Assembly (NCBI GenBank): GCA_045594945.1
Contig: JAZNZO010000098.1
Coordinates: forward strand, 335-64,334
Reading direction: 5' to 3'
DNA: 64,000 bases
Origin: Faecousia sp.
Lineage (GTDB): Bacteria > Bacillota > Clostridia > Oscillospirales > Oscillospiraceae
A model generated the notes under the pieces. It was not told the origin of the DNA. It made no database searches and saw only the letters and a program-made list of their open reading frames with translations. Of this stretch, positions 26,687 to 37,172 are shown piece after piece; within the stretch, counting starts at the first letter, position 1; every line of letters starts with the position of its first letter. The position numbers and the translations under genes were made by a program.

Positions 26687-27241
26687 GTGAAATTAAAGAC
26701 CCTTTGGCAGGTCTTTTTGACCTTTTTCAAAATCGGCGGCTTCACCTTCGGCGGCGGCTATGCCATGATCCCCCTGATCCAGGCAGAAGCGGTAGACAAC
26801 AAAAAATGGATCACCCAGGATGATATCTTAGAGATCGTAGCCATTGCAGAGTCCACTCCCGGCCCTATCGCCATCAATTCTGCCACCTTTGTTGGCTACC
26901 GGGTGGCGGGCGTGCTGGGAAGTGTATGTGCTACACTGGGCGTGGTGCTGCCTTCTTTTGTGATTATTTTGCTGCTTAGCTTTGTTCTGCGGCAATTCCA
27001 GACGCTGGAGGCGGTGCAGTATGCCTTCTTCGGCATCCGCGCGGGCGTGTTGGCCCTTTTGTGCAAATCCCTTTGGACAATGTATAAGAAAAGTCCCAAG
27101 GGCTGGGCAGCCTATGTGGTGATGGCTGGCGCTTTCGTTATCAGCACTTTCTTTGATATCAACATTCTCTTTGTGATTATCGGCTGCGCCATCTTTGGCT
27201 TGGTGACCTCCCGGATGATGGAAAGGAGGGCTGCAAAATGA
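26687..27241 (+). CDS. Chromate transporter (CHR) family protein, short form 1
   Basis: GGFTFGGGYAMIPLIQ motif. GTG 26687 lies 7 nt after AGGAAG. The ATG 26663 in the ORF track lies inside the TATAAT box. Confidence 0.75.
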   Translation: MKLKTLWQVFLTFFKIGGFTFGGGYAMIPLIQAEAVDNKKWITQDDILEIVAIAESTPGPIAINSATFVGYRVAGVLGSVCATLGVVLPSFVIILLLSFVLRQFQTLEAVQYAFFGIRAGVLALLCKSLWTMYKKSPKGWAAYVVMAGAFVISTFFDINILFVIIGCAIFGLVTSRMMERRAAK

Positions 27242-27834
27242 TCTATTTGGAACTGTTTGCCACCTTCTTTATGATCGGCGCGGTTACCTTTGGCGGCGGC
27301 TATGCCATGCTTCCCATGATCCAGGAGCAGGTGGGTTTGCGCTGGGGGCATCTGATATCAGAGCAGGCGATGATTGACTTTGTGGCGGTCAGCGAGTCCA
27401 CTCCCGGCCCCTTTGCCATCAATATGGCCACCTATGTGGGCAGTGTGGTAGGCGGCCAAAACGGCGGCGCGTTTTGGAGTGTATTGGGCTCTTTCTGTGC
27501 CACGATGGGTGTAGTCGTGCCTTCCTTTGTGGTGATTTTGATCGTTGCCAAGTGCTATGAAAAATTCTGCAACAGCCGCACCGTCAAGGGGATTATGACC
27601 GGCCTGAAACCTGCGGTGGTAGGCCTTATTGCCAGCGCCATTGCCGGGGTGTTTATGACGGTTTTCTTCCCTGTGGGCTTTACAACTCAGGTTTTCTCTT
27701 TGGCAAGTTTCTATATCAGTGCCGGTATTTTCGGCCTGATGCTCTTGCTGGCCTTTAAGAAAGTACATCCCATTTTGCTGATCTGTCTGTCTGCAATCTT
27801 GGGAATTGCTTTCGGTTATCTGGGACTTCTTTGA
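27238..27834 (+). CDS. Chromate transporter (CHR) family protein, short form 2
   Basis: GAVTFGGGYAMLPMIQ motif. It overlaps the upstream gene by 4 nt. Confidence 0.75.
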   Translation: MIYLELFATFFMIGAVTFGGGYAMLPMIQEQVGLRWGHLISEQAMIDFVAVSESTPGPFAINMATYVGSVVGGQNGGAFWSVLGSFCATMGVVVPSFVVILIVAKCYEKFCNSRTVKGIMTGLKPAVVGLIASAIAGVFMTVFFPVGFTTQVFSLASFYISAGIFGLMLLLAFKKVHPILLICLSAILGIAFGYLGLL

Positions 27835-27840
27835 CACATA

Positions 27841-27875
27841 CCGGGACACTCTGTGAAAGAGTGTCCCGGTTTTTT
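27841..27875 (+). terminator. Intrinsic terminator after the CHR pair
   Basis: ccgggacactc-tgtgaaa-gagtgtcccgg followed by tttttt. Confidence 0.85.
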
Positions 27876-27950
27876 CTCTTGCAAAATCAAAAATCTGTGT
27901 ATATTATATTTAATGTATATTGGCAAGGTATTTCCCAAAGGAGTTAAATT

Positions 27951-29318
27951 ATGGCTTGGAAAGAAATTCGCAGATTGCGGTGGAAAAAGGGGTTGAGTCC
28001 CGCCCAAAGCATTGCCATCGCCTTTGCAGTTATTATTTTAATAGGTACAACGTTGCTTTCTTTGCCCGTTTCTTCCCGGACAGGGGAAGCCCACAGTATA
28101 GTCGATGCCCTTTTAACAGCAACCTCAGCCACCTGTGTAACGGGCCTTGTGCCCGGGGACACCTTTACGATGTGGAGCGATTTCGGACAGACGGTTATTC
28201 TAATCCTCATTGAATTAGGCGGCCTGGGATTTATGAGTATGGCCTCGTTGGTGATTTTACTTCTGCGGAAAAAAGTGGGCTTACGGCAGAGAATGGTGAT
28301 GGCCCAGGCGCTGAGTCTTGATGATATGCAGAGTGTGTGGAAACTGCAAAAGTGGGTTCTGGGTGGCAGTTTGCTTATCCAACTGACTGGTGCAGGCATT
28401 TTGTTCCTGCGGCTTTTGCCGGATTACGGTGTGGGTACAGCTCTGAAATGGGGCGTCTTCCATTCTGTTTCCGCTTTTTGTAACGCAGGGTTTGACCTGT
28501 TTGGACAGTTGCAGCCGGGGGCGAGTGTAATGCCCTTCCAAAATGACCCGGTGGTGCTTTTGACCCTGATGGGTCTTATCGTGGTTGGTGGCCTGGGCTT
28601 CTTCGTTTGGGAAGAAGTGGTGCGTCTGCACAGTTTCAAAAAGTTTTCTGTATACACAAAATTGGTTTTACTCACAACCGCCATTTTGATTTTGGGTGGC
28701 GCAGTGTTCATTTTGGCACTGGAGTGGAACAATCCCAATACATTAGGCCCTATGCAAACCGGGGAAAAGATACTCAATGGTTTTTTCCAGTCTGTCTCCT
28801 TGCGGACAGCCGGTTTTGCATCTATTGACCAGGCCTTGCTTACAGACAGCAGCAAAGCGGTGTCTATGGTGCTGATGTTTATCGGCGGTTCCTCCGGTTC
28901 TACTGCCGGCGGTCTGAAGACGGTGACCTTTGTGGTGCTGATCTTGTTCATTTTGGCGCGCATTCGTGGCAAGCGCCATGTGACGGTGTTCCGCAGAACC
29001 GTATCTACAGAAAAGGTAACGGATGCCATGACCCTTACCAGTGTGATGTTCTTTTTGGCGCTGCTTGGAAGTATTTTTATTTGCATCACCAGCCCGGTGA
29101 ATCTGACAAACGGTATGTTTGAATCTGTTTCCGCGTTGGCAACGGTAGGCTTAACCGCCGGGGTGACCCCTCTGCTGAGTCTGCCTGCTAAGCTGCTGAT
29201 TATCGTATTCATGTATTTTGGCCGAGTGGGCGTGCTGACCTTGAGCCTGGGTTTCCTCTCCGGGGACAAAGCCCAGGAGCGATTCCGCTACGCCACCACA
29301 AACTTACTCATTGGTTAG
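27951..29318 (+). CDS. ktrB: TrkH/KtrB family potassium uptake membrane subunit
   Basis: 455 aa with repeated MPM pore motifs (TATSATCVTGL, SAFCNAGFDL, RTAGFAS, ATVGLTAG). Confidence 0.85.
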   Translation: MAWKEIRRLRWKKGLSPAQSIAIAFAVIILIGTTLLSLPVSSRTGEAHSIVDALLTATSATCVTGLVPGDTFTMWSDFGQTVILILIELGGLGFMSMASLVILLLRKKVGLRQRMVMAQALSLDDMQSVWKLQKWVLGGSLLIQLTGAGILFLRLLPDYGVGTALKWGVFHSVSAFCNAGFDLFGQLQPGASVMPFQNDPVVLLTLMGLIVVGGLGFFVWEEVVRLHSFKKFSVYTKLVLLTTAILILGGAVFILALEWNNPNTLGPMQTGEKILNGFFQSVSLRTAGFASIDQALLTDSSKAVSMVLMFIGGSSGSTAGGLKTVTFVVLILFILARIRGKRHVTVFRRTVSTEKVTDAMTLTSVMFFLALLGSIFICITSPVNLTNGMFESVSALATVGLTAGVTPLLSLPAKLLIIVFMYFGRVGVLTLSLGFLSGDKAQERFRYATTNLLIG

Positions 29319-29328
29319 GAGTGTTCGT

Positions 29329-29976
29329 ATGAAGTCATATATTGTAATTGGATTAGGCCGTTTCGGCTCCGAGGTTGCCATTCGTCTTTGCCAGCTGGGC
29401 TGTGAAGTGCTGGCAGTGGACAGCAGAAGCGAACCTGTGCAGCAAATCAGCGATGATGTGACCCACGCCGTTGTGGCAGATGCCCGGGATGTGAGCGTTC
29501 TTCGCGCTTTGGGCGCTGCGGAATTTGATTGCGGCATCGTTGCCATTGGCGGCAATTTGGCAGAATCTGTGCTCGCCACGATGAGTTTGAAGGAGTTGGG
29601 CATTCCTACTGTGGTGTGCAAGGCCCACGACGATGTTCATGCCCAGGTACTGAAAAAGCTGGGTGCTGACCGGGTGGTCATTCCGGAAAAGGAAAATGCC
29701 CAGCGTCTTGCCAAGAGCCTGTCCAGCGAAAATGTGTTGGATTATATTGAACTTTCCGACGATTATGGCATTGTTGATGTGTCTGCGCCTAAAAGTTGGC
29801 TCAAGAAAAACCTGCGGGAACTGAATGTCCGGGCCAAACTGGGCGTGAACATCCTTGCCATCAAACGCAATGGCAAGATCAATGTATCTCCTTCTGCGGA
29901 ATTTGTGATTGAAGCAGAGGACATTCTGGTGATCCTGGGCGACAATCAGGCACTGAGCCGGGTGCAGAAACTATGA
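29329..29976 (+). CDS. ktrA: TrkA/KtrA potassium uptake regulatory subunit (RCK)
   Basis: IVIGLGRFGSEVA Rossmann motif plus a C-terminal TrkA-C domain. AGGAG lies before ATG 29329. Confidence 0.85.
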   Translation: MKSYIVIGLGRFGSEVAIRLCQLGCEVLAVDSRSEPVQQISDDVTHAVVADARDVSVLRALGAAEFDCGIVAIGGNLAESVLATMSLKELGIPTVVCKAHDDVHAQVLKKLGADRVVIPEKENAQRLAKSLSSENVLDYIELSDDYGIVDVSAPKSWLKKNLRELNVRAKLGVNILAIKRNGKINVSPSAEFVIEAEDILVILGDNQALSRVQKL

Positions 29977-30719
29977 TGGATATCCTTACTTCCCGTAAAA
30001 ATCCCATCATTCAGCGGGTGCGCCGGTTGCTTTCCTCCCGGAAGGCGAGGGAGGAAGAGGGCCTTTTTGTGGCCGATGGCACCAAACTGCTGGAAGAAGC
30101 AGTGAAATGGTGGCCGGGGCTGAAGATGGTTCTTCACACGCCGGACATTGACCCGGATGTACCCCAATCGGTGGAAAAGATTTCCATCAGCCGGGAACTG
30201 ATGGAATATGTTTCTCCTATGCAGACTCCCCAGGGGGCGCTCTTTGTTTGCGCACTGCCGGAAGAGAAACCCCTGTCTGTAAAGCCGGGAATGGTCCTTT
30301 TGGACGGCATTCAGGACCCGGGCAACCTGGGAACCGTTTTGCGCACAGCAGATGCGATGGATGTGCCGGTGGTTTTGCTGGAAGGCTGTGCAGATCCTTA
30401 TAGCCATAAGGTTGTCCGCGCCTCTATGGGGGCGGTGTTCCGCTCTGTGCCGGGGCAAAGCACCTGGCAGGAAGTGCAAATTGCCTGTAAGAACGCAGGC
30501 ATCCCCGTTGCGGTGACAGCCCTTTCTCCCAAGGCAAAGGACATTCGCCAGGCGGACCTTTCAAAAATGGCGGTGGTTATCGGCAGTGAAGGCCAGGGTG
30601 TCCGCAGGGAGATTTTGCAGTCTGCCCAGGCAGAACTGATTATCCCCATGAATGAAAAATGCGAATCTCTCAACGCGGCGGTGGCGGCAACCATCGTTCT
30701 TTGGGAGATGAAGAAATAA
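29973..30719 (+). CDS. TrmH/SpoU family RNA 2'-O-methyltransferase
   Basis: LLDGIQDPGNLGTVLRTADA, VIGSEGQGV and IPMNEKCESLNAAVAATI motifs. Confidence 0.8.
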   Translation: MMDILTSRKNPIIQRVRRLLSSRKAREEEGLFVADGTKLLEEAVKWWPGLKMVLHTPDIDPDVPQSVEKISISRELMEYVSPMQTPQGALFVCALPEEKPLSVKPGMVLLDGIQDPGNLGTVLRTADAMDVPVVLLEGCADPYSHKVVRASMGAVFRSVPGQSTWQEVQIACKNAGIPVAVTALSPKAKDIRQADLSKMAVVIGSEGQGVRREILQSAQAELIIPMNEKCESLNAAVAATIVLWEMKK

Positions 30720-30737
30720 CAGAAAGAGGGTGGGCGC

Positions 30738-31919
30738 GTGCTGACATATTGGCTTTGGCTGCATTTGCTGACGGGATTGACCATTTCCCAAAAGCGCGCC
30801 CTTTTGGAATACTTCCACGACCCGGAGGAACTCTACCGGGCAAAGGAAAGTACCTACCGGACTGCTTTGCAGATGCCGGAAGAAGGATATATTGCCCTTT
30901 CCCATAAGGACTTGACTGCCGCCCGGGAACTGGCGGCTCTGTGCAGTCGGAAACGGGTTGGCATTGTTGCCATTGGAGACAGCGGCTACCCGGAAAGATT
31001 AAAACATATTCCGGATGCGCCTTTGGTGCTTTATTACAGGGGCAGACTGCCCAACTGGGAAGCCTATCCTGCCATTGGTGTCGTAGGTACCCGGAGATCA
31101 TCCGGCTATGGGTTGCAAATTGCAGAAAAGATGGGTGCGCAGATAGCCGCCTGCGGCGGCCTGGTGGTATCCGGCGTGGCTGACGGTATAGATGGCGCGG
31201 CAATGCAGCAGGCTCTACTGCAGGATTGCCCTGTGGTGGGCGTTTTGGGATGCGGCGTGGATGTGGTTTTTCCTGCCCGCAACCGGGACCTGTATGCTTT
31301 AACAGAGGAAAAGGGATGCCTAATCTCCGAGTATCCTCCCGGAACGCCGGGGTATAAATGGAACTTTCCCCGCAGAAACCGCATTATCAGCGGCATCAGT
31401 CATGGCGTGTTGGTGGTGGAAGCCCCACAAATCAGCGGCGCGCTGATCACGGCCCGGTATGCTTCCGAACAGGGAAGAGAAGTATTTGTTGTGCCGGGAA
31501 ATATCAATTCTGACACTTGTGCCGGCAGCAACGCCCTTTTGCGGGAAGGGGCAATCGCCGTTTTTGAAGGCTATGATATTTTGCGGGAATATGAAGCCCG
31601 TTTTCCGGGGCAAATCCGCAGGGCGGAGCCCAGGGAAATCCGGCAAATCCCTCAAAAAGAGGAAAGCATGCCGACAAAACCTGCGAAAAAACCCATTGAC
31701 AACGGCTGTGTAACCCAGTATAGTGTCTTAAATAGTGGCGGACCGACCCTCACAGAGGAAGAAAAGGTCCTCCTTTCCCACCTGACCGAGAAAATCGAGG
31801 CGGTGGATGAGGTGATTGCCCGAAGCGGTATGGAAACGGCAAAAGCGTTGTCCCTTGTGACAAAACTGAGTCTAAAAGGTGTTATCAAACACCATCCGGG
31901 CAAGTGCATATCGAAATAA
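30738..31919 (+). CDS. dprA: DNA processing protein DprA
   Basis: GVVGTRRSSGYG, SGVADGIDGAA and NRIISG motifs. GTG start. It lies upstream of topA, as in Bacillus. Confidence 0.85.
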   Translation: MLTYWLWLHLLTGLTISQKRALLEYFHDPEELYRAKESTYRTALQMPEEGYIALSHKDLTAARELAALCSRKRVGIVAIGDSGYPERLKHIPDAPLVLYYRGRLPNWEAYPAIGVVGTRRSSGYGLQIAEKMGAQIAACGGLVVSGVADGIDGAAMQQALLQDCPVVGVLGCGVDVVFPARNRDLYALTEEKGCLISEYPPGTPGYKWNFPRRNRIISGISHGVLVVEAPQISGALITARYASEQGREVFVVPGNINSDTCAGSNALLREGAIAVFEGYDILREYEARFPGQIRRAEPREIRQIPQKEESMPTKPAKKPIDNGCVTQYSVLNSGGPTLTEEEKVLLSHLTEKIEAVDEVIARSGMETAKALSLVTKLSLKGVIKHHPGKCISK

Positions 31920-31937
31920 ACGAAGCGGAGGCGCCTT

Positions 31938-34115
31938 ATGGCAGCACAGTATCTTGTAATTGTAGAATCCCCGTCCAAGGCCAAAACTATTGGCAAATAT
32001 CTTGGACCGGCTTACACCGTAAAAGCCAGTATGGGTCATTTGCGGGATTTGCCCAAAAGCACAATGGGTGTGGATATTGAGGGGGGCTTTATTCCGGAAT
32101 ACATCCCCTTGGATACCAAGAAGGATTTGATTGCAGAATTACAAAAGGCTGCCAACAAGGCAGACCTTGTTTATCTTGCAACGGACCCTGACCGGGAGGG
32201 CGAAGCCATTTCCTGGCATCTGAAAGAACTTTTGGGTCTGCCCTCTGAAAAGGCCCGCCGGGTTACTTTTAACGAAATTACCCAAAAGGTGGTCTGCCAG
32301 GCCATCGAAAGCCCCCGGGATATTGACGAAAACCTGGTGGATGCCCAGCAGGCAAGAAGACTGCTTGACCGGATTGTGGGCTATCAGCTTTCTCCGCTGC
32401 TGTGGAAGAAGGTCCGCCGGGGTTTGAGCGCAGGCCGTGTTCAGTCTGTGGCTACCCGGTTGGTGGTGGACAGAGAAAATGAAATCCGCGCATTCCAAAG
32501 CAAAGAATACTGGTCTTTGGATGCCTCCCTTTCCTTAATGGAAAAAGAGGGAAAATTTGTGGCCCGGTATGTGGGCAAGGGCAAGAAAGCCGAACTGGAA
32601 AATGAGGCCCAAGTAGATGCCGTTATCCGGGAAGTGGAAGGAAAGCCCTTTACGGTAGACAGTGTGAAACGGGCAGAGAAAAAGCGGTCTGCCGCCCCTC
32701 CTTTTACTACTTCTACCCTTCAGCAGGAAGCCTCCCGGAAACTGAATATGACCCCCAAGCGCACGATGGCCATTGCCCAGCAACTGTATGAAGGCGTGGA
32801 TGTAGCCGGGGAAGGCACTTTGGGTCTTATCACTTATATGCGTACCGACTCCCTGCGCCTTAGCAATGAGGCGATGGATGCGGCAGGGGCATTTATCAAG
32901 AGCCGCTACGGCGCTCCTTATTATTACGGAAAGCACCATGTGTTTAAGACCAAGTCCGGCGCCCAGGATGCCCACGAAGCCATCCGTCCCACCCATGTGG
33001 AATTGGACCCGGACCGCATCCAGGGCTCTTTAACCCGGGAGCAGTACCGGCTGTATAAACTGATTTGGAGCCGTTTCCTGGCAAGTCAAATGGCAAATGC
33101 CGTCTATGATACGGTGGCCATTGATGCTGCCTGCGAAGGCCACATTTTCCGGGCTACCCATCAAAGCGTGCGGTTTGCAGGTTTCCTGGCTGTCTATGAA
33201 GAAGGCCGGGATGAAGAAACCCAGGCCACCGGCGCGGCGCTGCCCGAGCTGCAGGCAGGGGATAAGGCCATTTGCACGGACCTTAAGAAGGAACAGCATT
33301 TTACGCAGCCACCTGCCCGGTACACAGAAGCCTCTTTGGTAAAGGCGATGGAAGAAAAGGGCGTGGGCAGACCTTCTACCTATGCCGGCATCGTATCTAC
33401 CATTCAGGATAGAGAATATGTGAATAAAGAAGAAAAGCATCTGGTCCCCACGCCTTTGGGGGAAGTGGTTACGGGCCTGATGATGGAAAAGTTCCACGAT
33501 ATTATTGATGTGGAATTCACCGCCAATATGGAAAACCGTTTGGACGAAGTGGAAGCCGGCGATTGCTATTGGAAGGATCTGCTCAGTGACTTCTATGGCG
33601 GTTTCCACAAGCAGATGGTAGAAGCCGAAGAGGCTCTGGCAGGTACCCGGCTGAAAGTGCCCGATGAAGTCAGCACCGAAATTTGCGAAGTCTGCGGCAG
33701 AAATATGGTGGTAAAAGTAGGACGGTTTGGAAAGTTCCTGGCCTGCCCCGGTTTCCCCGAATGTAAAAACACCAAGCCCATTGTGGAAAAAATGCCCGGC
33801 CGCTGCCCAAAGTGCGGCTCTGCCCTCTTAAAGCGGAAGTCCAAGCGGGGCTTTGCCTACTATGGCTGCGAACTGGGCGCAAAATGCGGCTTTATGTCCT
33901 GGGATGTGCCTACAGCGGAAGACTGTCCCAAGTGCGGACAAACCATGTTCAAGAAGGCCGGCAAAGGCCGGAACAAGCCCTTCTGCATTAACGAACAATG
34001 CGAAAACTTCCTGCCGGAAGATAAGCGGGGCTATTATAAGAAAGCGGAGAAGGACGGCAGCGAGAAGAAACCTGCCAGGAAAACCGTTGCCAAGAAGACA
34101 AAGAAGGAGTCCTAA
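31938..34115 (+). CDS. topA: DNA topoisomerase I
   Basis: Toprim LVIVESPSKAKTIGKYLG, active-site region YITYMRTDS, and three C-terminal CxxC zinc ribbons. Confidence 0.95.
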   Translation: MAAQYLVIVESPSKAKTIGKYLGPAYTVKASMGHLRDLPKSTMGVDIEGGFIPEYIPLDTKKDLIAELQKAANKADLVYLATDPDREGEAISWHLKELLGLPSEKARRVTFNEITQKVVCQAIESPRDIDENLVDAQQARRLLDRIVGYQLSPLLWKKVRRGLSAGRVQSVATRLVVDRENEIRAFQSKEYWSLDASLSLMEKEGKFVARYVGKGKKAELENEAQVDAVIREVEGKPFTVDSVKRAEKKRSAAPPFTTSTLQQEASRKLNMTPKRTMAIAQQLYEGVDVAGEGTLGLITYMRTDSLRLSNEAMDAAGAFIKSRYGAPYYYGKHHVFKTKSGAQDAHEAIRPTHVELDPDRIQGSLTREQYRLYKLIWSRFLASQMANAVYDTVAIDAACEGHIFRATHQSVRFAGFLAVYEEGRDEETQATGAALPELQAGDKAICTDLKKEQHFTQPPARYTEASLVKAMEEKGVGRPSTYAGIVSTIQDREYVNKEEKHLVPTPLGEVVTGLMMEKFHDIIDVEFTANMENRLDEVEAGDCYWKDLLSDFYGGFHKQMVEAEEALAGTRLKVPDEVSTEICEVCGRNMVVKVGRFGKFLACPGFPECKNTKPIVEKMPGRCPKCGSALLKRKSKRGFAYYGCELGAKCGFMSWDVPTAEDCPKCGQTMFKKAGKGRNKPFCINEQCENFLPEDKRGYYKKAEKDGSEKKPARKTVAKKTKKES

Positions 34116-34117
34116 AA

Positions 34118-35413
34118 ATGGTGAAAGTGATTGGCGCCGGCCTTGCCGGATGTGAAGCCGCCTGGCAACTTGCAAATCGCGGGCTACAGGTAACGCTTTA
34201 CGAAATGAAACCCCATAAAAAGTCCCCGGCCCATCACACAGACACGTTTGCAGAACTGGTCTGCTCCAATTCTTTGCGGGCAGACGGCATTGCCAATGCT
34301 GTGGGCCTTTTGAAGGAAGAACTGCGGCGGTTGGGAAGCCTGATTATATCTTGCGCCGATGCCACCCGGGTAGAAGCCGGCGGCTGTTTGGCGGTGGACC
34401 GGGAGGGGTTCTCCCAAATGATTACCGATAAAATCCGGTCTCATCCCAATATTACGGTGGTGGAAGAAGAAATTACCCAGGTGCCGGAAGGCCCGGTGAT
34501 TATTGCCACCGGTCCTCTGACCTCCGATGCCCTGTCTGATAATATCGGCAAGTACTTCGGGCAAGAGTATCTTCACTTCTTTGATGCGGCTGCGCCACTG
34601 GTGACCGCTGAGTCGGTGGATATGGAAAAGGCCTGGTGGCAGAGCCGTTATGACAAAGGAACGGCAGATTATGTAAACTGCGCCATGACGAAAGAGGAGT
34701 ACCTGGCCTTTTGGCAGGAACTGATAAGCGCCCAGGAAGCAGAAGTACACGGCTTTGAAGATAAGAATGTATTTGAAGGCTGTATGCCTGTGGAAGTGAT
34801 GGCCCGCCGGGGGGAAGATACTCTGCGGTATGGCCCGCTGAAGCCTGTTGGCTTAATAGACCCCCAAACCGGCAAAGAGCCCTATGCCGTTGTCCAGTTG
34901 CGGCAGGACAATGCGGCAAAGAGCGTATTTAACCTGGTGGGATTCCAAACCCATCTGAAATTCCCGGAGCAAAAACGGGTATTCTCAAAGATTCCCGCCC
35001 TTAAAAATGCGGAATTTGTCCGTTACGGCGTGATGCACAGAAATACCTTCCTGCAGTCTCCCAAACTGCTGGACCGGTATTATGCGGACAGAAGAGATCC
35101 CCTGGTTGCCTTTGCAGGCCAAATGACCGGCGTGGAAGGGTATGTGGAAAGCACCGCTTCTGGTTTCTTGGCGGCGGTTGCGATGGCGGCAAAGTTGCAA
35201 GGAAGACCCTTGCCGGAGTTCCCCAAGGAAACGGCAATCGGTGCGCTGGGCCACTATGTCAGCGATGAGAGCATTGCCAATTTCCAGCCTATGAACATCA
35301 ATTTCAGCATTATTTCACCCCTTCCTTACCGAGTGAAGAAAAAGGCAGAAAAGAATTTGGCGATTGCCAACCGTTCTTTGGAAATCATTGAAGAATTGAA
35401 AGACACCTTATAA
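34118..35413 (+). CDS. trmFO: Methylenetetrahydrofolate-tRNA-(uracil-5)-methyltransferase
   Basis: VIGAGLAGCEAAWQLA FAD motif and LVCSNSLR. It follows topA, as in Bacillus. Confidence 0.9.
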   Translation: MVKVIGAGLAGCEAAWQLANRGLQVTLYEMKPHKKSPAHHTDTFAELVCSNSLRADGIANAVGLLKEELRRLGSLIISCADATRVEAGGCLAVDREGFSQMITDKIRSHPNITVVEEEITQVPEGPVIIATGPLTSDALSDNIGKYFGQEYLHFFDAAAPLVTAESVDMEKAWWQSRYDKGTADYVNCAMTKEEYLAFWQELISAQEAEVHGFEDKNVFEGCMPVEVMARRGEDTLRYGPLKPVGLIDPQTGKEPYAVVQLRQDNAAKSVFNLVGFQTHLKFPEQKRVFSKIPALKNAEFVRYGVMHRNTFLQSPKLLDRYYADRRDPLVAFAGQMTGVEGYVESTASGFLAAVAMAAKLQGRPLPEFPKETAIGALGHYVSDESIANFQPMNINFSIISPLPYRVKKKAEKNLAIANRSLEIIEELKDTL

Positions 35414-35431
35414 AGAAAGAGGGACTTTTCT

Positions 35432-36463
35432 ATGAAGATTATTGTGGATGCAATGGGCGGCGACAATGCCCCCCAAGCCCCTGTACTGGGTGCGCTGGAG
35501 GCTGTCAGAAAATTTGGCGCCCAGGTAGTGTTGGTAGGCCGGGGCGAGGAAATTTTGAATGTGCTGAAAAGCAAAGGCATTTCCGATTTGCCGGAGGGTG
35601 TGGAAATTGCCCACGCCGACGATGTGGTGGATATGCACGATGACCCGGCAGCCGTTGTCCATAAGCGGAAGAATTCTTCTATGGTGGTAGGCCTGCGCCT
35701 GCTGGCTGACGGCCAGGGAGATGCCTTTTTATCGGCAGGCAGTACCGGTGCGCTGCTGACCGGCGCCACTTTGATTGTAAAACGGGTCAAGGGTATGCGC
35801 CGGGCGGCCATGTGTCCTGCCATGCCCAATAAGGCAGGCGGAAAGACCCTGATTGTGGACTGCGGCGCCAATGCCGAATGCACACCGGAATTTCTTTTGC
35901 AGTTTGGCCTGGTGGGCAGCCTCTATGCCCAAAAGAATTTTGCAGTGGAAGCACCCCGGGTGGGCTTACTTAACATCGGCACAGAAGACAGCAAGGGTAC
36001 TCCTTTGCAGAAAGAAGCCTACGGCCTGCTGAAAAATGCTGCCGAGCAGGGCCTTCTTAATTTTATCGGCAATGTGGAAGCAAGAGAAGTGCTGCACGGC
36101 GGCGTGGATGTGGTGGTCTGTGACGGTTTCTCCGGAAACGTTCTGCTCAAGTCCATTGAGGGTACGGCTATGTTCATGGGTAGCCTGATGAAACACAAGA
36201 TTTTCAAGCGCAATTTCTTCAGCAAACTGGGCTACCTGCTTTGCAAGCCCGGCGTAACGGAAGTAGTAGGTATGATGGACTACCGGGAAGTGGGCGGTAC
36301 CCAGTTTTTGGGCATCCGCAAGCCTGTTATCAAGGCGCACGGTAGCTCCGATGAACTGGCTTTCTGTAACGGCATTCGGCAGGCTGTGGCCGCCGCAAGC
36401 CAGGATTTCACCGCCCAGTTGGAGCAGAGCCTGAAAACGCTGGCTCCCAAGGAGGAAGTATGA
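35432..36463 (+). CDS. plsX: Phosphate acyltransferase
   Basis: MKIIVDAMGGDNAP, GSTGALL and HGSS motifs. Confidence 0.9.
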   Translation: MKIIVDAMGGDNAPQAPVLGALEAVRKFGAQVVLVGRGEEILNVLKSKGISDLPEGVEIAHADDVVDMHDDPAAVVHKRKNSSMVVGLRLLADGQGDAFLSAGSTGALLTGATLIVKRVKGMRRAAMCPAMPNKAGGKTLIVDCGANAECTPEFLLQFGLVGSLYAQKNFAVEAPRVGLLNIGTEDSKGTPLQKEAYGLLKNAAEQGLLNFIGNVEAREVLHGGVDVVVCDGFSGNVLLKSIEGTAMFMGSLMKHKIFKRNFFSKLGYLLCKPGVTEVVGMMDYREVGGTQFLGIRKPVIKAHGSSDELAFCNGIRQAVAAASQDFTAQLEQSLKTLAPKEEV

Positions 36464-37140
36464 TTAAAGATTTGGAAGCCGCCATTGGCTACCGTTTCAA
36501 GAATATCACCCTTTTGCAAAATGCGCTGACCCATTCTTCCTATGCCAATGAGCGCTGGCACGACGGCCTGATGAGCAACGAGCGGCTGGAATTTTTGGGG
36601 GACTCCATTTTGGGTATGTTGGTGGCGGATTATCTCTACCGCAATTTCCCCCAGCGCCCCGAGGGAGAACTGACCAAAATGCGGGCGGATATGGTCTGCG
36701 AAGCCAGCCTGGCCCAGGTTGCCCGGAAGGTGCATTTGGGAGACCATCTGCTTTTAGGTCACGGCGAAGAGCAGGGTGGGGGAAGAGACCGGGAATCCAT
36801 TTTGGCAGATGCCACCGAATCGGTGATTGCAGCCTGCTATTTAGACGGCGGAATGGATGCGGCAAAAGCCTTTATCGAAACCTTTATTCTGTGCAATGTT
36901 CCCACCGGACGGCTTCAGAATAAAGACCATAAGACAGCTTTGCAGGAACTCATTCAGCAGAAGAAAAATCAAACCCTTACTTACACCCTGGTAGGGGAAC
37001 GGGGCCCGGACCACGATAAGGAATTTTCTGTGGAAGTTTGCCTGAACGGCAAACCTATTGGCACCGGCATCGGCTCCAGCAAAAAGAGGGCTGAGCAGGA
37101 TGCGGCCAGAGTGGCTCTGGAAAAGTTAACACAAGAATAA
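36460..37140 (+). CDS. rnc: Ribonuclease III
   Basis: NERLEFLGDSILG signature plus a C-terminal dsRBD (KDHKTALQE...GSSKKRAEQDAA). It overlaps plsX by 4 nt. Confidence 0.9.
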   Translation: MIKDLEAAIGYRFKNITLLQNALTHSSYANERWHDGLMSNERLEFLGDSILGMLVADYLYRNFPQRPEGELTKMRADMVCEASLAQVARKVHLGDHLLLGHGEEQGGGRDRESILADATESVIAACYLDGGMDAAKAFIETFILCNVPTGRLQNKDHKTALQELIQQKKNQTLTYTLVGERGPDHDKEFSVEVCLNGKPIGTGIGSSKKRAEQDAARVALEKLTQE

Positions 37141-37143
37141 GAA

Positions 37144-37171
37144 AGAGCACCTTCTTTATGGAAGGTGCTCT
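37144..37171 (+). terminator. Hairpin after rnc
   Basis: agagcaccttc-tttatg-gaaggtgctct, with no T-run. Confidence 0.5.
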
Positions 37172-37172
37172 A

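Noticed and set aside
27876-27950. Possible c-di-AMP (ydaO-type) riboswitch upstream of ktrB/ktrA.
   Set aside because: The intergenic space is about 75 nt and is occupied by a promoter-like TTGCAA-17-TATTAT. That is too short for the aptamer.
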